Shown piece by piece: positions 43,875 to 53,113 of a stretch of 64,000 bases of DNA. Source of the stretch: a virus. The stretch is taken from positions 6,173 through 70,172 of the IMG/VR virus record IMGVR_UViG_3300047160_002873. One strand, 5' to 3'. The notes under the pieces are model-generated. The model did no database searches and was not told the DNA's origin. It saw only the letters and a list, made by a program, of their open reading frames with translations. Both the position numbers and the translations under genes were made by a program. Each line of letters starts with the position of its first letter. The stretch's first letter is position 1.

Positions 43875-46800
43875 AGGTGCTGACGACAGAAAGTCAGATG
43901 CGATACACGCTGGAGAGCGCGCGGCAGGTGCTGTTCGAGCAATTGCCGCCGCCTTATGTCTTCGTGCCGCCGGCCGATGGGCCCTACATCATCTCGATCA
44001 CGCCGCAGATATCATCGCCAAACTTCGAAGACCCGATAACGATCATTGTTACGGGCGGCAGGTTCACCGGAACATCAGACGTTCAGTTTGTGAATGAAGG
44101 CTCGGTCGATAATTTCACTGTCGACAGTGACACCCAGATCACTGTCAATACTTACCTCTATGGCAGGGAGGGCGATCCAGTCGACAACCTGTTCGTAGTC
44201 GCCGCGGACGGGGTCACCACGAGCCCGATCACGCCGGCCACTGACTTCTGGTACGCCTATGCGTGGCCTGAGGACTGTGTCTTTGGACCGCTTGCGATCA
44301 CCGGGAATCGCATCTGGTCAGCTGCCGGGTCTCAGTGGTTTTTCAACGATTTCTCGTCGCCACCTTCGCGATTCCTCACCACCAGTGGCTTTGGGGATCA
44401 ATGGCCCGGTGATGCAGGCTGGCCAAGTGGCGTGGGAGATGCCGGGCAAATTTTGCAGGATGCCAGCTACGTCTATTATCTCTCCAGCAGCAATGCTTGC
44501 CTTACCCGATTCCCGATCGGCTTTGCGCCTCCTGATGGAGGCAACTGGGCAACCTATGACACGCTGATCATTCCACAAGGCTGCCCACCATTAGGCAGTA
44601 GCGGCTCCGGCTCTGGTGGGCTCGGGCTTGTCAACAGCTGCCTATCTGGCAGCAAGCTGTACATGGTGTGGGGAGCACAGGGGAAATGGAATAACGTCAC
44701 AACGAACTATCCTCAGCTGGTGGTCGTCGATCTGGCGGCATGGTCTCCAACGGGCTTTGCGATTTATCCGATCACGACTGTTACCAGTCCGGCATCCCTT
44801 GGGATAGGGGTGTGTGTCGCCAACGGTCTTATCCTCGTCGGGGTACAGGAGGGGACTCCAGACGGGTACGCAGGGAAGCTTTACTATTCCTCGGTGAGCA
44901 CGCCCGGCACGTTCACCAAGATCAACCTGACTTACATTCCCGCTTTTTGTGTTGCGAGCGGCAACTTTGGCTACTTCATGCAGTATTATTTTCAGCCCAG
45001 CTACCAGTATCGCGGGCCGGGCTGGCAGAGGCATATGATCATCGCCGACTGCACGACTGGCACGCCTGTCATCAGCTATGTCGACATGGCCGCGGATGAT
45101 GCCAACTTCAAGTTTCTCTCTCAGTTCAATCGTGATCCCATCCCTTGGGTCTCGTCGACGCATCTTTACGTCGATGGAAACACGATCATCAATGATGTTG
45201 GTTCCTACTCGGTGCCAACTCCGCCCTTCTACCTTGCTAAGCGTCTACTTGGCACAGGCGCTGCAGATGGTGGAGGATCGACGCCGCCGCCGGTTGCTGA
45301 CCCCAACTTCAGCCATGTTGCCTTGCTCTGCGGGTTCAATGGCAAGGACAGGGATCAGTGGATACTCGATGAAGGCCCCGATACAAAGGGGAATGCAGTT
45401 TTCTCTTTTTTCGCTCACCAAGCTTATCAATTCCAAGCGAAGATCAGCACGGCGCAGAAAAAGTTCGGAGCATCTTCAATCTATTTCGGCGGCAACTCGG
45501 GAATATACTGGTATCAATTCGCAGACTGGGACTTCGGCACCTCGCCATTCACCGTCGAGTGCTGGTTTTATCCAACGTCATCTGCAGGACAGCAATTCCT
45601 AGTCGGCCATTGTGTCAGGGGCGCTGCTGGGGGCTCAGGTGTACACGGACAATGGCACTTCTGGATTGATGCCAGCGGGCATCTTGGTTTCAGGATGTAT
45701 GACTGGTCTAATGCTGTTGCCCACGATATTCCCTCCACAACGACGCCGACCCTGAACACTTGGCATCATGGCGCTGTCGACTTTGATGGAAGCAACTATC
45801 GACTCTATATGGATGGACTGACCATTGGGGTTCTTCCAACATCGACTTATTCAACTAATCTTACGGCAAACTATGGTGTCTATCTGTCTATCGGTGCTGA
45901 CACTGAAACCAATGCCTCTTATTTTTCGGGATATATCGACGAGGTGAGGATCAGCACGAACCTCGCGCGTTATGCCAACAGCACCAGTTACACTCTCCCG
46001 ACTGCCGCATTCCCCCGAGGCCCGACTCCGCTCCCGGCCAACGGCATCTTCATGAATAACCTCTCGCCTTGGAATTGGGAATTGTGGCCCTTTGGTTCCG
46101 GAGCCTACTCTGGCGGCAAGCTCTTTATCGTAATGACTTCGTGGGACTATGGTGGAGGCGGCAGCGATGGAGGGTTGCTGGCGATAGTCAATGAAGACCT
46201 GACTTCGCCTGCGCTGTATCCGGTGCCAAGCGCGTCATTGTCGGCCAATGATGCGTTCGCGAATGCCCAGACGGTGACTCTCGGGACGACTACGACTACT
46301 GGAAACCTCTACTATGCAACAGGTGAGGCCAACGAGCAGTATCCACCGGTTTGGGACATCGGCTCAGACCCAAATGGGAATCCTAGCGCTAGCCTTTCCC
46401 TTCAAGCCATTACCGGCATCGAGCACACGATCTGGTACAAGTTCACTGCGCCATCGACGGGAGACTACACAGTCACATATCACGACAGGCGGGGCGGCTG
46501 GCAGTTCGATCTGGCAGTTTACTCCGGCAGTGGTTTCGGATCACTGGTCAACATTGGGCAAAAGTTCGCGGGCTACGAGAGTGGCACCCTGACAATGCCT
46601 CTTACGGCAGGCGCGACCTATCACCTCTCATTCGACAGATACTTCTACTATGGCTTGTACGGCGGCTATGAGCCCGATCTGTACAACGACGGGCTAGTGA
46701 CGTTTACGGTCGCGTCCGCGACGACGCCGGGCACTCCACCCAGTTTCGTCAATGCCGGAGCGCAGGCAGTTGCGACTGGCGGGATGGGCGCGGGCTGCAC

Positions 46801-47938
46801 TGTGACTCCACCTCTACCGACGAGCCGCACCAATGGCAATCTGCTGATAGCCATCGCTCGTCCTTTTGGGACGTACAGCATTCCGACGTCCGGAGGGATA
46901 GGCGACTGGAACCAAGATACTTCGAGTTCAAGTACAGGCGGCCACAACTATTTCGCCTACGGCGCGGTGCTATTCCGCTGGGTCGACGGCACTGAGGTGG
47001 CTCCGGTCTTTCAGCTTCCCAACTATAGCAATCGTCTGGACATCGTGGCGCAGGTGTTTCAATACACAGGCGCGGCCTTTTTTAGCCGCTTTAGTAATCC
47101 CTTCGGCTGGGCGAAGGTGGGAGGCTGGTTCATACCATCCGGGACCGTGTCATCGACCGGGACCGTCTCGGCGGCCCCGGTGACTATCCCTTCGCCGACG
47201 CTGACCTATCCCTATTCGAGGGTGCTCTGCGTCAGCATGTACGACCCCGGTGCCGCGGCGACGCCATCGGTTCCGCCCGGCTTCACCTCGCGCAACACGA
47301 CACCGGCCACCGCGGCCACGATCTTCTCCGAGACATTGACAACCGACACGGCGTTCGCAGCCGGTGCAAACTGTCGCATTGTTATTCCACCGACCTATCT
47401 TTCGGCAAGCGGCAGCAACATCCGCATCTGGGTGCAGGGGCCTTCCGCCGTCAGCATGGGTTTCAACCCGATGTATGTGGGTCATGCTGATCAAACTGTT
47501 AACCCGTGGAACTTCGACGGTACGCAGGTGCACGCCTACTTCAGCTACGGTAATCCAAACCTCAATACGGTTGCCGCCGGCACCATTTTGAAAAGTGACA
47601 TCATCCCCTACAACCTCGACCACACCAAACCGCTGGTGATATCGTTCTACACAACCAGCACCACGATCCGCACGGGGCCGTCTCCCGGCGGAACAACCAT
47701 GACGTCCTATTCAAAGATCGCGTTGGGGACCGTTGAGGCAGCGAACACAGTCGTGACCGGATACAGCGGGACGACGGGTGTCTTCCTCTTGGTGAAGATC
47801 GAGGTGATGGACCAGCACGCTCCATGCAACATCTCAGATCAGTCCTTTTCCGCCATGAACACCGCGATCCCGGCAACCACACTGCCTGAAACACCAGACG
47901 GCTGGGCCAATTTCATGCTCGAAATAAGGTCGCAATAA
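43871..47938 (+). CDS. Multidomain adhesin/receptor-binding protein with IPT-like and LamG/ConA-like domains
   Basis: PYIISITP...FTVDSDTQITV (IPT); DPNFSHVALLCGFNG...FTVECW...WHH.AV...RLY.DG...GYIDEVRIS (LamG). Confidence 0.8.
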   Translation: MKVLTTESQMRYTLESARQVLFEQLPPPYVFVPPADGPYIISITPQISSPNFEDPITIIVTGGRFTGTSDVQFVNEGSVDNFTVDSDTQITVNTYLYGREGDPVDNLFVVAADGVTTSPITPATDFWYAYAWPEDCVFGPLAITGNRIWSAAGSQWFFNDFSSPPSRFLTTSGFGDQWPGDAGWPSGVGDAGQILQDASYVYYLSSSNACLTRFPIGFAPPDGGNWATYDTLIIPQGCPPLGSSGSGSGGLGLVNSCLSGSKLYMVWGAQGKWNNVTTNYPQLVVVDLAAWSPTGFAIYPITTVTSPASLGIGVCVANGLILVGVQEGTPDGYAGKLYYSSVSTPGTFTKINLTYIPAFCVASGNFGYFMQYYFQPSYQYRGPGWQRHMIIADCTTGTPVISYVDMAADDANFKFLSQFNRDPIPWVSSTHLYVDGNTIINDVGSYSVPTPPFYLAKRLLGTGAADGGGSTPPPVADPNFSHVALLCGFNGKDRDQWILDEGPDTKGNAVFSFFAHQAYQFQAKISTAQKKFGASSIYFGGNSGIYWYQFADWDFGTSPFTVECWFYPTSSAGQQFLVGHCVRGAAGGSGVHGQWHFWIDASGHLGFRMYDWSNAVAHDIPSTTTPTLNTWHHGAVDFDGSNYRLYMDGLTIGVLPTSTYSTNLTANYGVYLSIGADTETNASYFSGYIDEVRISTNLARYANSTSYTLPTAAFPRGPTPLPANGIFMNNLSPWNWELWPFGSGAYSGGKLFIVMTSWDYGGGGSDGGLLAIVNEDLTSPALYPVPSASLSANDAFANAQTVTLGTTTTTGNLYYATGEANEQYPPVWDIGSDPNGNPSASLSLQAITGIEHTIWYKFTAPSTGDYTVTYHDRRGGWQFDLAVYSGSGFGSLVNIGQKFAGYESGTLTMPLTAGATYHLSFDRYFYYGLYGGYEPDLYNDGLVTFTVASATTPGTPPSFVNAGAQAVATGGMGAGCTVTPPLPTSRTNGNLLIAIARPFGTYSIPTSGGIGDWNQDTSSSSTGGHNYFAYGAVLFRWVDGTEVAPVFQLPNYSNRLDIVAQVFQYTGAAFFSRFSNPFGWAKVGGWFIPSGTVSSTGTVSAAPVTIPSPTLTYPYSRVLCVSMYDPGAAATPSVPPGFTSRNTTPATAATIFSETLTTDTAFAAGANCRIVIPPTYLSASGSNIRIWVQGPSAVSMGFNPMYVGHADQTVNPWNFDGTQVHAYFSYGNPNLNTVAAGTILKSDIIPYNLDHTKPLVISFYTTSTTIRTGPSPGGTTMTSYSKIALGTVEAANTVVTGYSGTTGVFLLVKIEVMDQHAPCNISDQSFSAMNTAIPATTLPETPDGWANFMLEIRSQ

Positions 47939-48123
47939 TGCCAGTGATCACCACAGAACGACAGATGCGCCACACGCGGATGGTGTCCCGGTGGACGCAG
48001 TTCGAGCCGGGCGCGACATACACGGCTGGCGCAGTATCTGCCGCGGAGGACGCCAAACATGATATGGAAACCGATCTTTCCCTTCGTACTGGCGCTGAAC
48101 CTGATAGTCCTGCACGGACCTGA
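47938..48123 (+). CDS. Short protein sharing the N-terminal motif of the 1355 aa adhesin
   Basis: MPVITTERQMRHT..S....FE versus MKVLTTESQMRYT..S....FE; TAATG coupling. Confidence 0.5.
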   Translation: MPVITTERQMRHTRMVSRWTQFEPGATYTAGAVSAAEDAKHDMETDLSLRTGAEPDSPART

Positions 48124-48331
48124 CGGAGCAGAGATTGATATCAACCTGAATGAAGTCAGCTCGATTCGTGACAGGTCAGTGGCAAGCGAGGGGCACTTTG
48201 CCAAGGGTGTCAATTGTCTGCTGTTCATGACGAACGGCAAGGTCATCGGCGTTAGAGAGGACTGCGACCAAGTCCGGATGATGGTGCAGAACGGTAAGCC
48301 ACTGGTTGACCCAAAAGGGCCGGGCCGGTAG
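48059..48331 (+). CDS. FlbD-like small protein with hydrophobic leader
   Basis: L.GPDG..I.IN..EV..IR...LFMTNGK.I.VRE..DQV pattern; 2 Cys. Confidence 0.5.
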   Translation: MIWKPIFPFVLALNLIVLHGPDGAEIDINLNEVSSIRDRSVASEGHFAKGVNCLLFMTNGKVIGVREDCDQVRMMVQNGKPLVDPKGPGR

Positions 48332-48381
48332 GTTGGGGATAGCGCCGATGCCTGTCTCGCGTCAGGCGTTGCGGGCGCTAG

Positions 48382-48418
48382 GGGAGCGGGCGTTGGTGAT
48401 GCTCCGCCCGCTCCCTTT
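48382..48418 (+). terminator. GC-rich hairpin, possible weak terminator
   Basis: GGGAGCGGGCG/CGCCCGCTCCC 11 bp stem + TTT. Confidence 0.45.
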
Positions 48419-48435
48419 GCACAAGGAGCCAGATA

Positions 48436-48678
48436 ATGGACCAAAGATCAGATAATGAGGGTGGCCGGCTGTCGCCACTGGAGCGCATCAAAGCACAGCA
48501 TGATCTCACGAGGCGCATGATCCTGAGTGGCGACGAGGACGAGATACCGTGGCAGTCGGATATGCTTCCCGAGCAAGCCGGCCTGCAGCAGGTCTGGGCC
48601 GACAAGAACGGCAAGCTATGGATCATGGAGCGGTCACAGGCCGGCATTAAGCTGAAGCGACTGTGGCACATCGTTTAA
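48436..48678 (+). CDS. Hypothetical protein
   Basis: AAGGAG RBS. Confidence 0.55.
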   Translation: MDQRSDNEGGRLSPLERIKAQHDLTRRMILSGDEDEIPWQSDMLPEQAGLQQVWADKNGKLWIMERSQAGIKLKRLWHIV

Positions 48679-48716
48679 GGTTCTGATACGGTGCACCCGT
48701 TCCAGAGGGGCATACC

Positions 48717-49016
48717 ATGGCACACAGCAGGATGCGCAATCTGACACTCGCGAGCGCGAAGCACCTCTTGTCGCAAGGCCACATCACTCCAGCCCATCAT
48801 CAGAAGATCGTGGCGGCGGCTGCGGTCCCGACTATTCCCAAGATGCCAACTCAGCCGACGCTGCCTAAAGCACCAGCGTTCGGCGCGTTGGGTAAGAAGA
48901 TGGCTGCTCCGCCCTTACCATCACCGGGTCAGCAGGCCAATATTCCGGGCGTTCCGGGTGTCGTCGGTGGTGGGCAAAACCTCATGCCGCCCAACTTCAT
49001 GGCGGATGATTCATAG
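48717..49016 (+). CDS. Pro-rich hypothetical protein
   Basis: ASAKHL...GHITP..H.KI motif followed by low complexity. Confidence 0.55.
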   Translation: MAHSRMRNLTLASAKHLLSQGHITPAHHQKIVAAAAVPTIPKMPTQPTLPKAPAFGALGKKMAAPPLPSPGQQANIPGVPGVVGGGQNLMPPNFMADDS

Positions 49017-49025
49017 GAGGATAAG

Positions 49026-49397
49026 ATGGCAGCAGTACCGGTTATCATCAACGGCATGTTGTATCCGAAGGAGAAGGGCTCTGGTGCTGGAGCTATGCCC
49101 GCTGTCTTCATGGGCTTTCTGAGCATCGCCGGACTGAGCGTCGGCGGTGGTCCGATCATCCCGCCGGAGATACTTCCGCCGGACCCTGATGATCCACACC
49201 CGGCGCATCCGATCGTGATTCCGCCGGACCTGCCACCGATAGTCGACCCGCCACCGGGCAACCCGGCGCCCAATGCCGTTGTCGTCCTCAAACCGGCTCC
49301 GGAGACCGGCGGTTGGGGTTTGGCGACAGACCCGGGGTCTCAGAAGATACAATGGTTCTTCGCTCCCGGCGCAGGCGGAGCAGGACCGAAGGGATAG
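49026..49397 (+). CDS. HPxHPI Pro-rich protein A
   Basis: PHPAHPIVIPP; AGGAGG RBS. Confidence 0.65.
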   Translation: MAAVPVIINGMLYPKEKGSGAGAMPAVFMGFLSIAGLSVGGGPIIPPEILPPDPDDPHPAHPIVIPPDLPPIVDPPPGNPAPNAVVVLKPAPETGGWGLATDPGSQKIQWFFAPGAGGAGPKG

Positions 49398-49408
49398 AGG
49401 GGTTAGTC

Positions 49409-49819
49409 ATGGCAGGTATTCCCATCACGATTATAGGCACGATCTCTGACGCAGACGGCAATACCAAGCATGTTCAGATCACTGGCATCGCTGGTGTGCC
49501 GGATGTTTCAACGGGTCACCCGCTGCCACAGCCGCCCGTCTACCCGGCGCATCCATGGGTGCCACCGCCGGTCGACCCCGGCTATGGCGTGCCTGCGCCT
49601 GTGCCGCATCCGGAGCACCCGATAGTGCTGCCGCCAGACAAGCCACCGCCGGAAAGGCCGCCGGAGACGCCTCCGGGGCAGCGGCCGGGTGAAGGCTGGT
49701 CATGGGTCTATACGCCAAACGGCTGGATACTGGTTTGGGTACCGCCCGGTGGGGGTGGCAAGCCGCAACCTGTTCCTCCGCCGTCAGGAGGTACGGCCCC
49801 GAAGCCCACCCCCTTTTGA
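49409..49819 (+). CDS. HPxHPI Pro-rich protein B
   Basis: Start ATG 49409; YPAHPW, PHPEHPIVLPP, GWSWVYTPNGW. Confidence 0.65.
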   Translation: MAGIPITIIGTISDADGNTKHVQITGIAGVPDVSTGHPLPQPPVYPAHPWVPPPVDPGYGVPAPVPHPEHPIVLPPDKPPPERPPETPPGQRPGEGWSWVYTPNGWILVWVPPGGGGKPQPVPPPSGGTAPKPTPF

Positions 49820-49892
49820 GCAGGTGGATGAGCAAATTGCGGACATTGTCGCTAGTCTTAAGAGACTTAGAGAATTGACTAGGAGCTAAACG

Positions 49893-50078
49893 ATGCCGCT
49901 GGTATCGAAGGCGCAAGCCAGATGGGCCTACTGGGCCCGGAAGCATGCCAGCGGCAGCGAGCAGAAAGCAGCGCGGGAGTTCATCAATGCCAGTCCCCAT
50001 GGGAAGGGCGCCTACAAACACCTGCCGGCCCGCGTGAAGCAGCAACCAAAGCGCAAGTTCGGTTCACTGAGTAGGTGA
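49893..50078 (+). CDS. Small basic phage protein (MPxxSKAQ family)
   Basis: MPLVSKAQ...AREF...LPARVK; AGGAG RBS. Confidence 0.65.
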   Translation: MPLVSKAQARWAYWARKHASGSEQKAAREFINASPHGKGAYKHLPARVKQQPKRKFGSLSR

Positions 50079-50079
50079 A

Positions 50080-50448
50080 ATGGCCTTCAACGTACGCATA
50101 TTCGGCTACAACGGCTTGGCTCAGATGCACGTCACGCAGCAGCATCGCTATTCCAGCGTCACGGTGTTTATGGCTGAGGAGCCGCCGATCTGGTCAGCAG
50201 TGGCGACATCCAATGGGGCGACCCCGGTGCCTATTGTCTTTCCCGGTCCGGGAACGGACACCGCGAAGGTGCTCGGCATCGAGGTGCCTGACAATCAGCA
50301 GATCAGGTACGAGCTACAGATGCTCGGTCCTCTAGCCAGTAATGCGCGTACGGCAGGCAACCTCTCACGCCGAATGAGCGGTTTCGATTACATCGCTTGG
50401 ACGGCAGGCGCGACGTTTTCGTTCGTGGATGCCGCTAGTTTCCTGTGA
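50080..50448 (+). CDS. Small beta-rich hypothetical protein
   Basis: 122 aa, coupled to terL. Confidence 0.6.
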   Translation: MAFNVRIFGYNGLAQMHVTQQHRYSSVTVFMAEEPPIWSAVATSNGATPVPIVFPGPGTDTAKVLGIEVPDNQQIRYELQMLGPLASNARTAGNLSRRMSGFDYIAWTAGATFSFVDAASFL

Positions 50449-52013
50449 ACGAGCCAGTCTCCATTTTGAAGGGAAGCAGCACCTATAAGGAGCTACGGGT
50501 GAAGTTTGCCAACCGCGATCGGCGGATGGACACCCTGTATCAGGTGCTCAATGAGCAGGGGCAGATCGTGCCCTATCGGCGCCGTACGGCGCAGGCAAAG
50601 TATGCAGCCGATCAATGGCTGCTCGACATCATCGTGAAGGCGCGGCAGATCGGGTTCTCGACCGAGATCGCGATCGACATAACCGACCACTGCATCTGGC
50701 GAAAGAACTTCACGGCCGGCATCATCGACTACACGCTCGACGATGCCAAGCTGAAGCTGCAGAAGGTGCGGACCGCCTACATGGGAACCCCGGCCGCGGT
50801 AAGGGAGACTGTGCGCCTCGTGAAGGACAACGAGGAGGAACTGAAATGGTCAAACGGGTCTACGTGTTATGTGGGGACCAGCCACCGCGGTGGGACGCTC
50901 CAGTATTTGCATATATCGGAGTTTGGAAAGATAGCCACGGACAAACCGGACATTGCCCGCGAGATCAAGACGGGCGCTCTGAACACCATCGCACCCGGAC
51001 AAAAGATCAAGGTCGAAAGCACCGCGCACGGCACAAGCGGCCAGTTCTACGACATGGTTCGCATCGCGGAAGCTAAGGCGAAGACAGGCAAGTCTCTATC
51101 CCAGCTGGACTTCAAGCTGCACTTCTTCGCGTGGTGGATGGACCCGAAGTACGTGGTGCAGCCGACCTTGGCTGTCATCACCCGCGAGATGTCGGAATAC
51201 TTCGACGAGCTTCGCGTCAAGCACGGTGTGATCCTCTCGCCAGAGCAGAAGGCATGGTACATCCTGAAGTACGAGACGCTCGGCCGCGACGACATGCACT
51301 CGGAGTTTCCGAGCTGCATGGAGGAGACCTTCTACAACAGCATGGAGGGAACATGGTTCAAGAGAGAGATGCAGAAGATGCGGGAGGAGCACCGGATCGG
51401 CCACAATATCCCGCACGACCCAAATTATCTCGTGAACACGTTCTGGGACATCGGGCTGGAGACCAAGAACAACCAGAACGCAATCTGGTTTCACCAGACG
51501 GACGGGACGCGCCACCGGATCATCGACTACTACGAGAACGCGGGAGAGGGAGTGCAGCATTACGCGAGCAAAGTAAGAGAGATTGGCGTGAAGCGAAACT
51601 TCACTTTCGGGAAGCACTATGGGCCTCACGACATCGCACACCGAAGCTGGGCAAACGACGCGAAGACGCGCAAGGAAATAGCATCGAGCCTCGGGATCGA
51701 GTTCGAGGTGGTGCCGAGAGTGCTGGACAAGGAGGACGCGATCGAGGCCCTGCGCCGCATGTTGAGCCTGACGTGGATCGACGCGGAGCATTGCGGTCGT
51801 TTAGTGGAGTGTCTGGACAATTATCGAAAAGTATGGAGCAGGCAGCTCGCGCAATGGACCGCGGTGCCGCTGCACAACTGGGCAAGCAACGCAGCTGACG
51901 CCGGCATGACCGGCGCTGTAGGAATGAAGCCGGACGGCATCTGGCTCGCTGATGGAAGCAGGAACAAGTCACGCAACGACAAGCGTGTGCGAGGGTCACA
52001 ATGGGCGCAATGA
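50445..52013 (+). CDS. terL: Terminase large subunit
   Basis: KARQIGFST Walker A, LHISE Walker B, ESTAHG coupling motif, FFAWW, WDIG, GPHD, ADA nuclease residues. Confidence 0.92.
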   Translation: MNEPVSILKGSSTYKELRVKFANRDRRMDTLYQVLNEQGQIVPYRRRTAQAKYAADQWLLDIIVKARQIGFSTEIAIDITDHCIWRKNFTAGIIDYTLDDAKLKLQKVRTAYMGTPAAVRETVRLVKDNEEELKWSNGSTCYVGTSHRGGTLQYLHISEFGKIATDKPDIAREIKTGALNTIAPGQKIKVESTAHGTSGQFYDMVRIAEAKAKTGKSLSQLDFKLHFFAWWMDPKYVVQPTLAVITREMSEYFDELRVKHGVILSPEQKAWYILKYETLGRDDMHSEFPSCMEETFYNSMEGTWFKREMQKMREEHRIGHNIPHDPNYLVNTFWDIGLETKNNQNAIWFHQTDGTRHRIIDYYENAGEGVQHYASKVREIGVKRNFTFGKHYGPHDIAHRSWANDAKTRKEIASSLGIEFEVVPRVLDKEDAIEALRRMLSLTWIDAEHCGRLVECLDNYRKVWSRQLAQWTAVPLHNWASNAADAGMTGAVGMKPDGIWLADGSRNKSRNDKRVRGSQWAQ

Positions 52014-52028
52014 GCGTGGAGCAGGTAT

Positions 52029-52223
52029 ATGGGCATCGTAAAGCGATGGCTCGACAAGTACAGGAGAGCGATTGACGTTCAGGAACTATGGCCGGTGTGC
52101 AAGAAGATTGCGAAAGATGACGAAGTGGCTCGCGCCACGTTTTACTATCACATCATTCACGACAAGGCATGGACTGCCTACTTCAGCGACAAAGAACTGC
52201 GGAAGTTTGTGAGCGAACTATGA
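52029..52223 (+). CDS. Hypothetical protein
   Basis: 64 aa ORF with RBS-like GGAGCAGG. Confidence 0.55.
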   Translation: MGIVKRWLDKYRRAIDVQELWPVCKKIAKDDEVARATFYYHIIHDKAWTAYFSDKELRKFVSEL

Positions 52224-52396
52224 TCAGCAAGTCGGCAGCGGACTATACCTCGGTCGCAGAGCACATGAACGAGCGCTGCCGGCTGTGTCAGCACTTCGTC
52301 GACCCGAAGGGCTGCGAGATCGTGAAAGGTCTCATCAGCCCACGAGGGTGGTGCAAATATTTCGAGAGGAGCGAGCATGCCACTAGCAGGGATTAG
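52220..52396 (+). CDS. HiPIP-like (high-potential iron-sulfur) mini-protein
   Basis: Y...RCRLCQHF....GCEIVKGLISPRGWCKYF; ATGA coupling. Confidence 0.7.
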   Translation: MISKSAADYTSVAEHMNERCRLCQHFVDPKGCEIVKGLISPRGWCKYFERSEHATSRD

Positions 52397-52790
52397 ACTG
52401 ATCAGGCAGATATTCGCGGACCATCTGCCGGCAGGCTACAGCCTCGCCAGCGCTTACATGAACCTCGATCACGATGGGCCCGACCCGGAATCGCAGGTTC
52501 TAACGTTCCATGTTATTGCTCCGGCGGGCAATGCCATTGTGGTAAAGTCCGACAGAGTGCCATCCCGGTTCGACATCAACCTCTTGGCGGCGGCTACTGC
52601 CAAGAAATTTGCGGAGGGTCTAGGCAATGAGCCATCTCATGGAATCGACGCGAAGGATGGCGGAGAACGATCCGTCAATCGTCAAGTTCCGCCGGATACC
52701 GGTGGGCAACACGGTGGTCTACCACGGACGCTCGGGGTCGATGCGCCAAGGCAGGACAACCTTCCCGGCGACGGTCCTGAAGCAGCATGA
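52377..52790 (+). CDS. Hypothetical protein
   Basis: GAGGAG RBS; 3' end overlaps the next ORF. Confidence 0.5.
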   Translation: MPLAGIRLIRQIFADHLPAGYSLASAYMNLDHDGPDPESQVLTFHVIAPAGNAIVVKSDRVPSRFDINLLAAATAKKFAEGLGNEPSHGIDAKDGGERSVNRQVPPDTGGQHGGLPRTLGVDAPRQDNLPGDGPEAA

Positions 52791-53103
52791 AGACGACGGC
52801 TCTCTCGATCTGATCGTTGACTTTGAGGCCGAGGATCGCATCTGGGAGCAGCGTGTGCTGCCATGGAGCGAGACGCAGTCCGGACACTGCTGGGAGCCTG
52901 TCGAGCCGATCGAGGGCACCTCGGAGCATCAGGCACTGGCCCAGCTGGCGGAGACCATGCGACGGGAGTTTCAAGGACTATCCAATCTCGTCAGCCAGCT
53001 GAAGAACCAGATGTACGGGGACTACGACATCCCCAATAGGGCAATGATCGAGTACCTCGATGACTTCGACAAGCGGTTGAAGAAGCTGGAGCGCAAGGCG
53101 TGA
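52627..53103 (+). CDS. Hypothetical protein (SH3-like N-terminus, coiled-coil C-terminus)
   Basis: VGNTVVY...FPATV....DG.LDL.V...CW pattern. Confidence 0.55.
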   Translation: MSHLMESTRRMAENDPSIVKFRRIPVGNTVVYHGRSGSMRQGRTTFPATVLKQHEDDGSLDLIVDFEAEDRIWEQRVLPWSETQSGHCWEPVEPIEGTSEHQALAQLAETMRREFQGLSNLVSQLKNQMYGDYDIPNRAMIEYLDDFDKRLKKLERKA

Positions 53104-53113
53104 GGGCTGAGCT

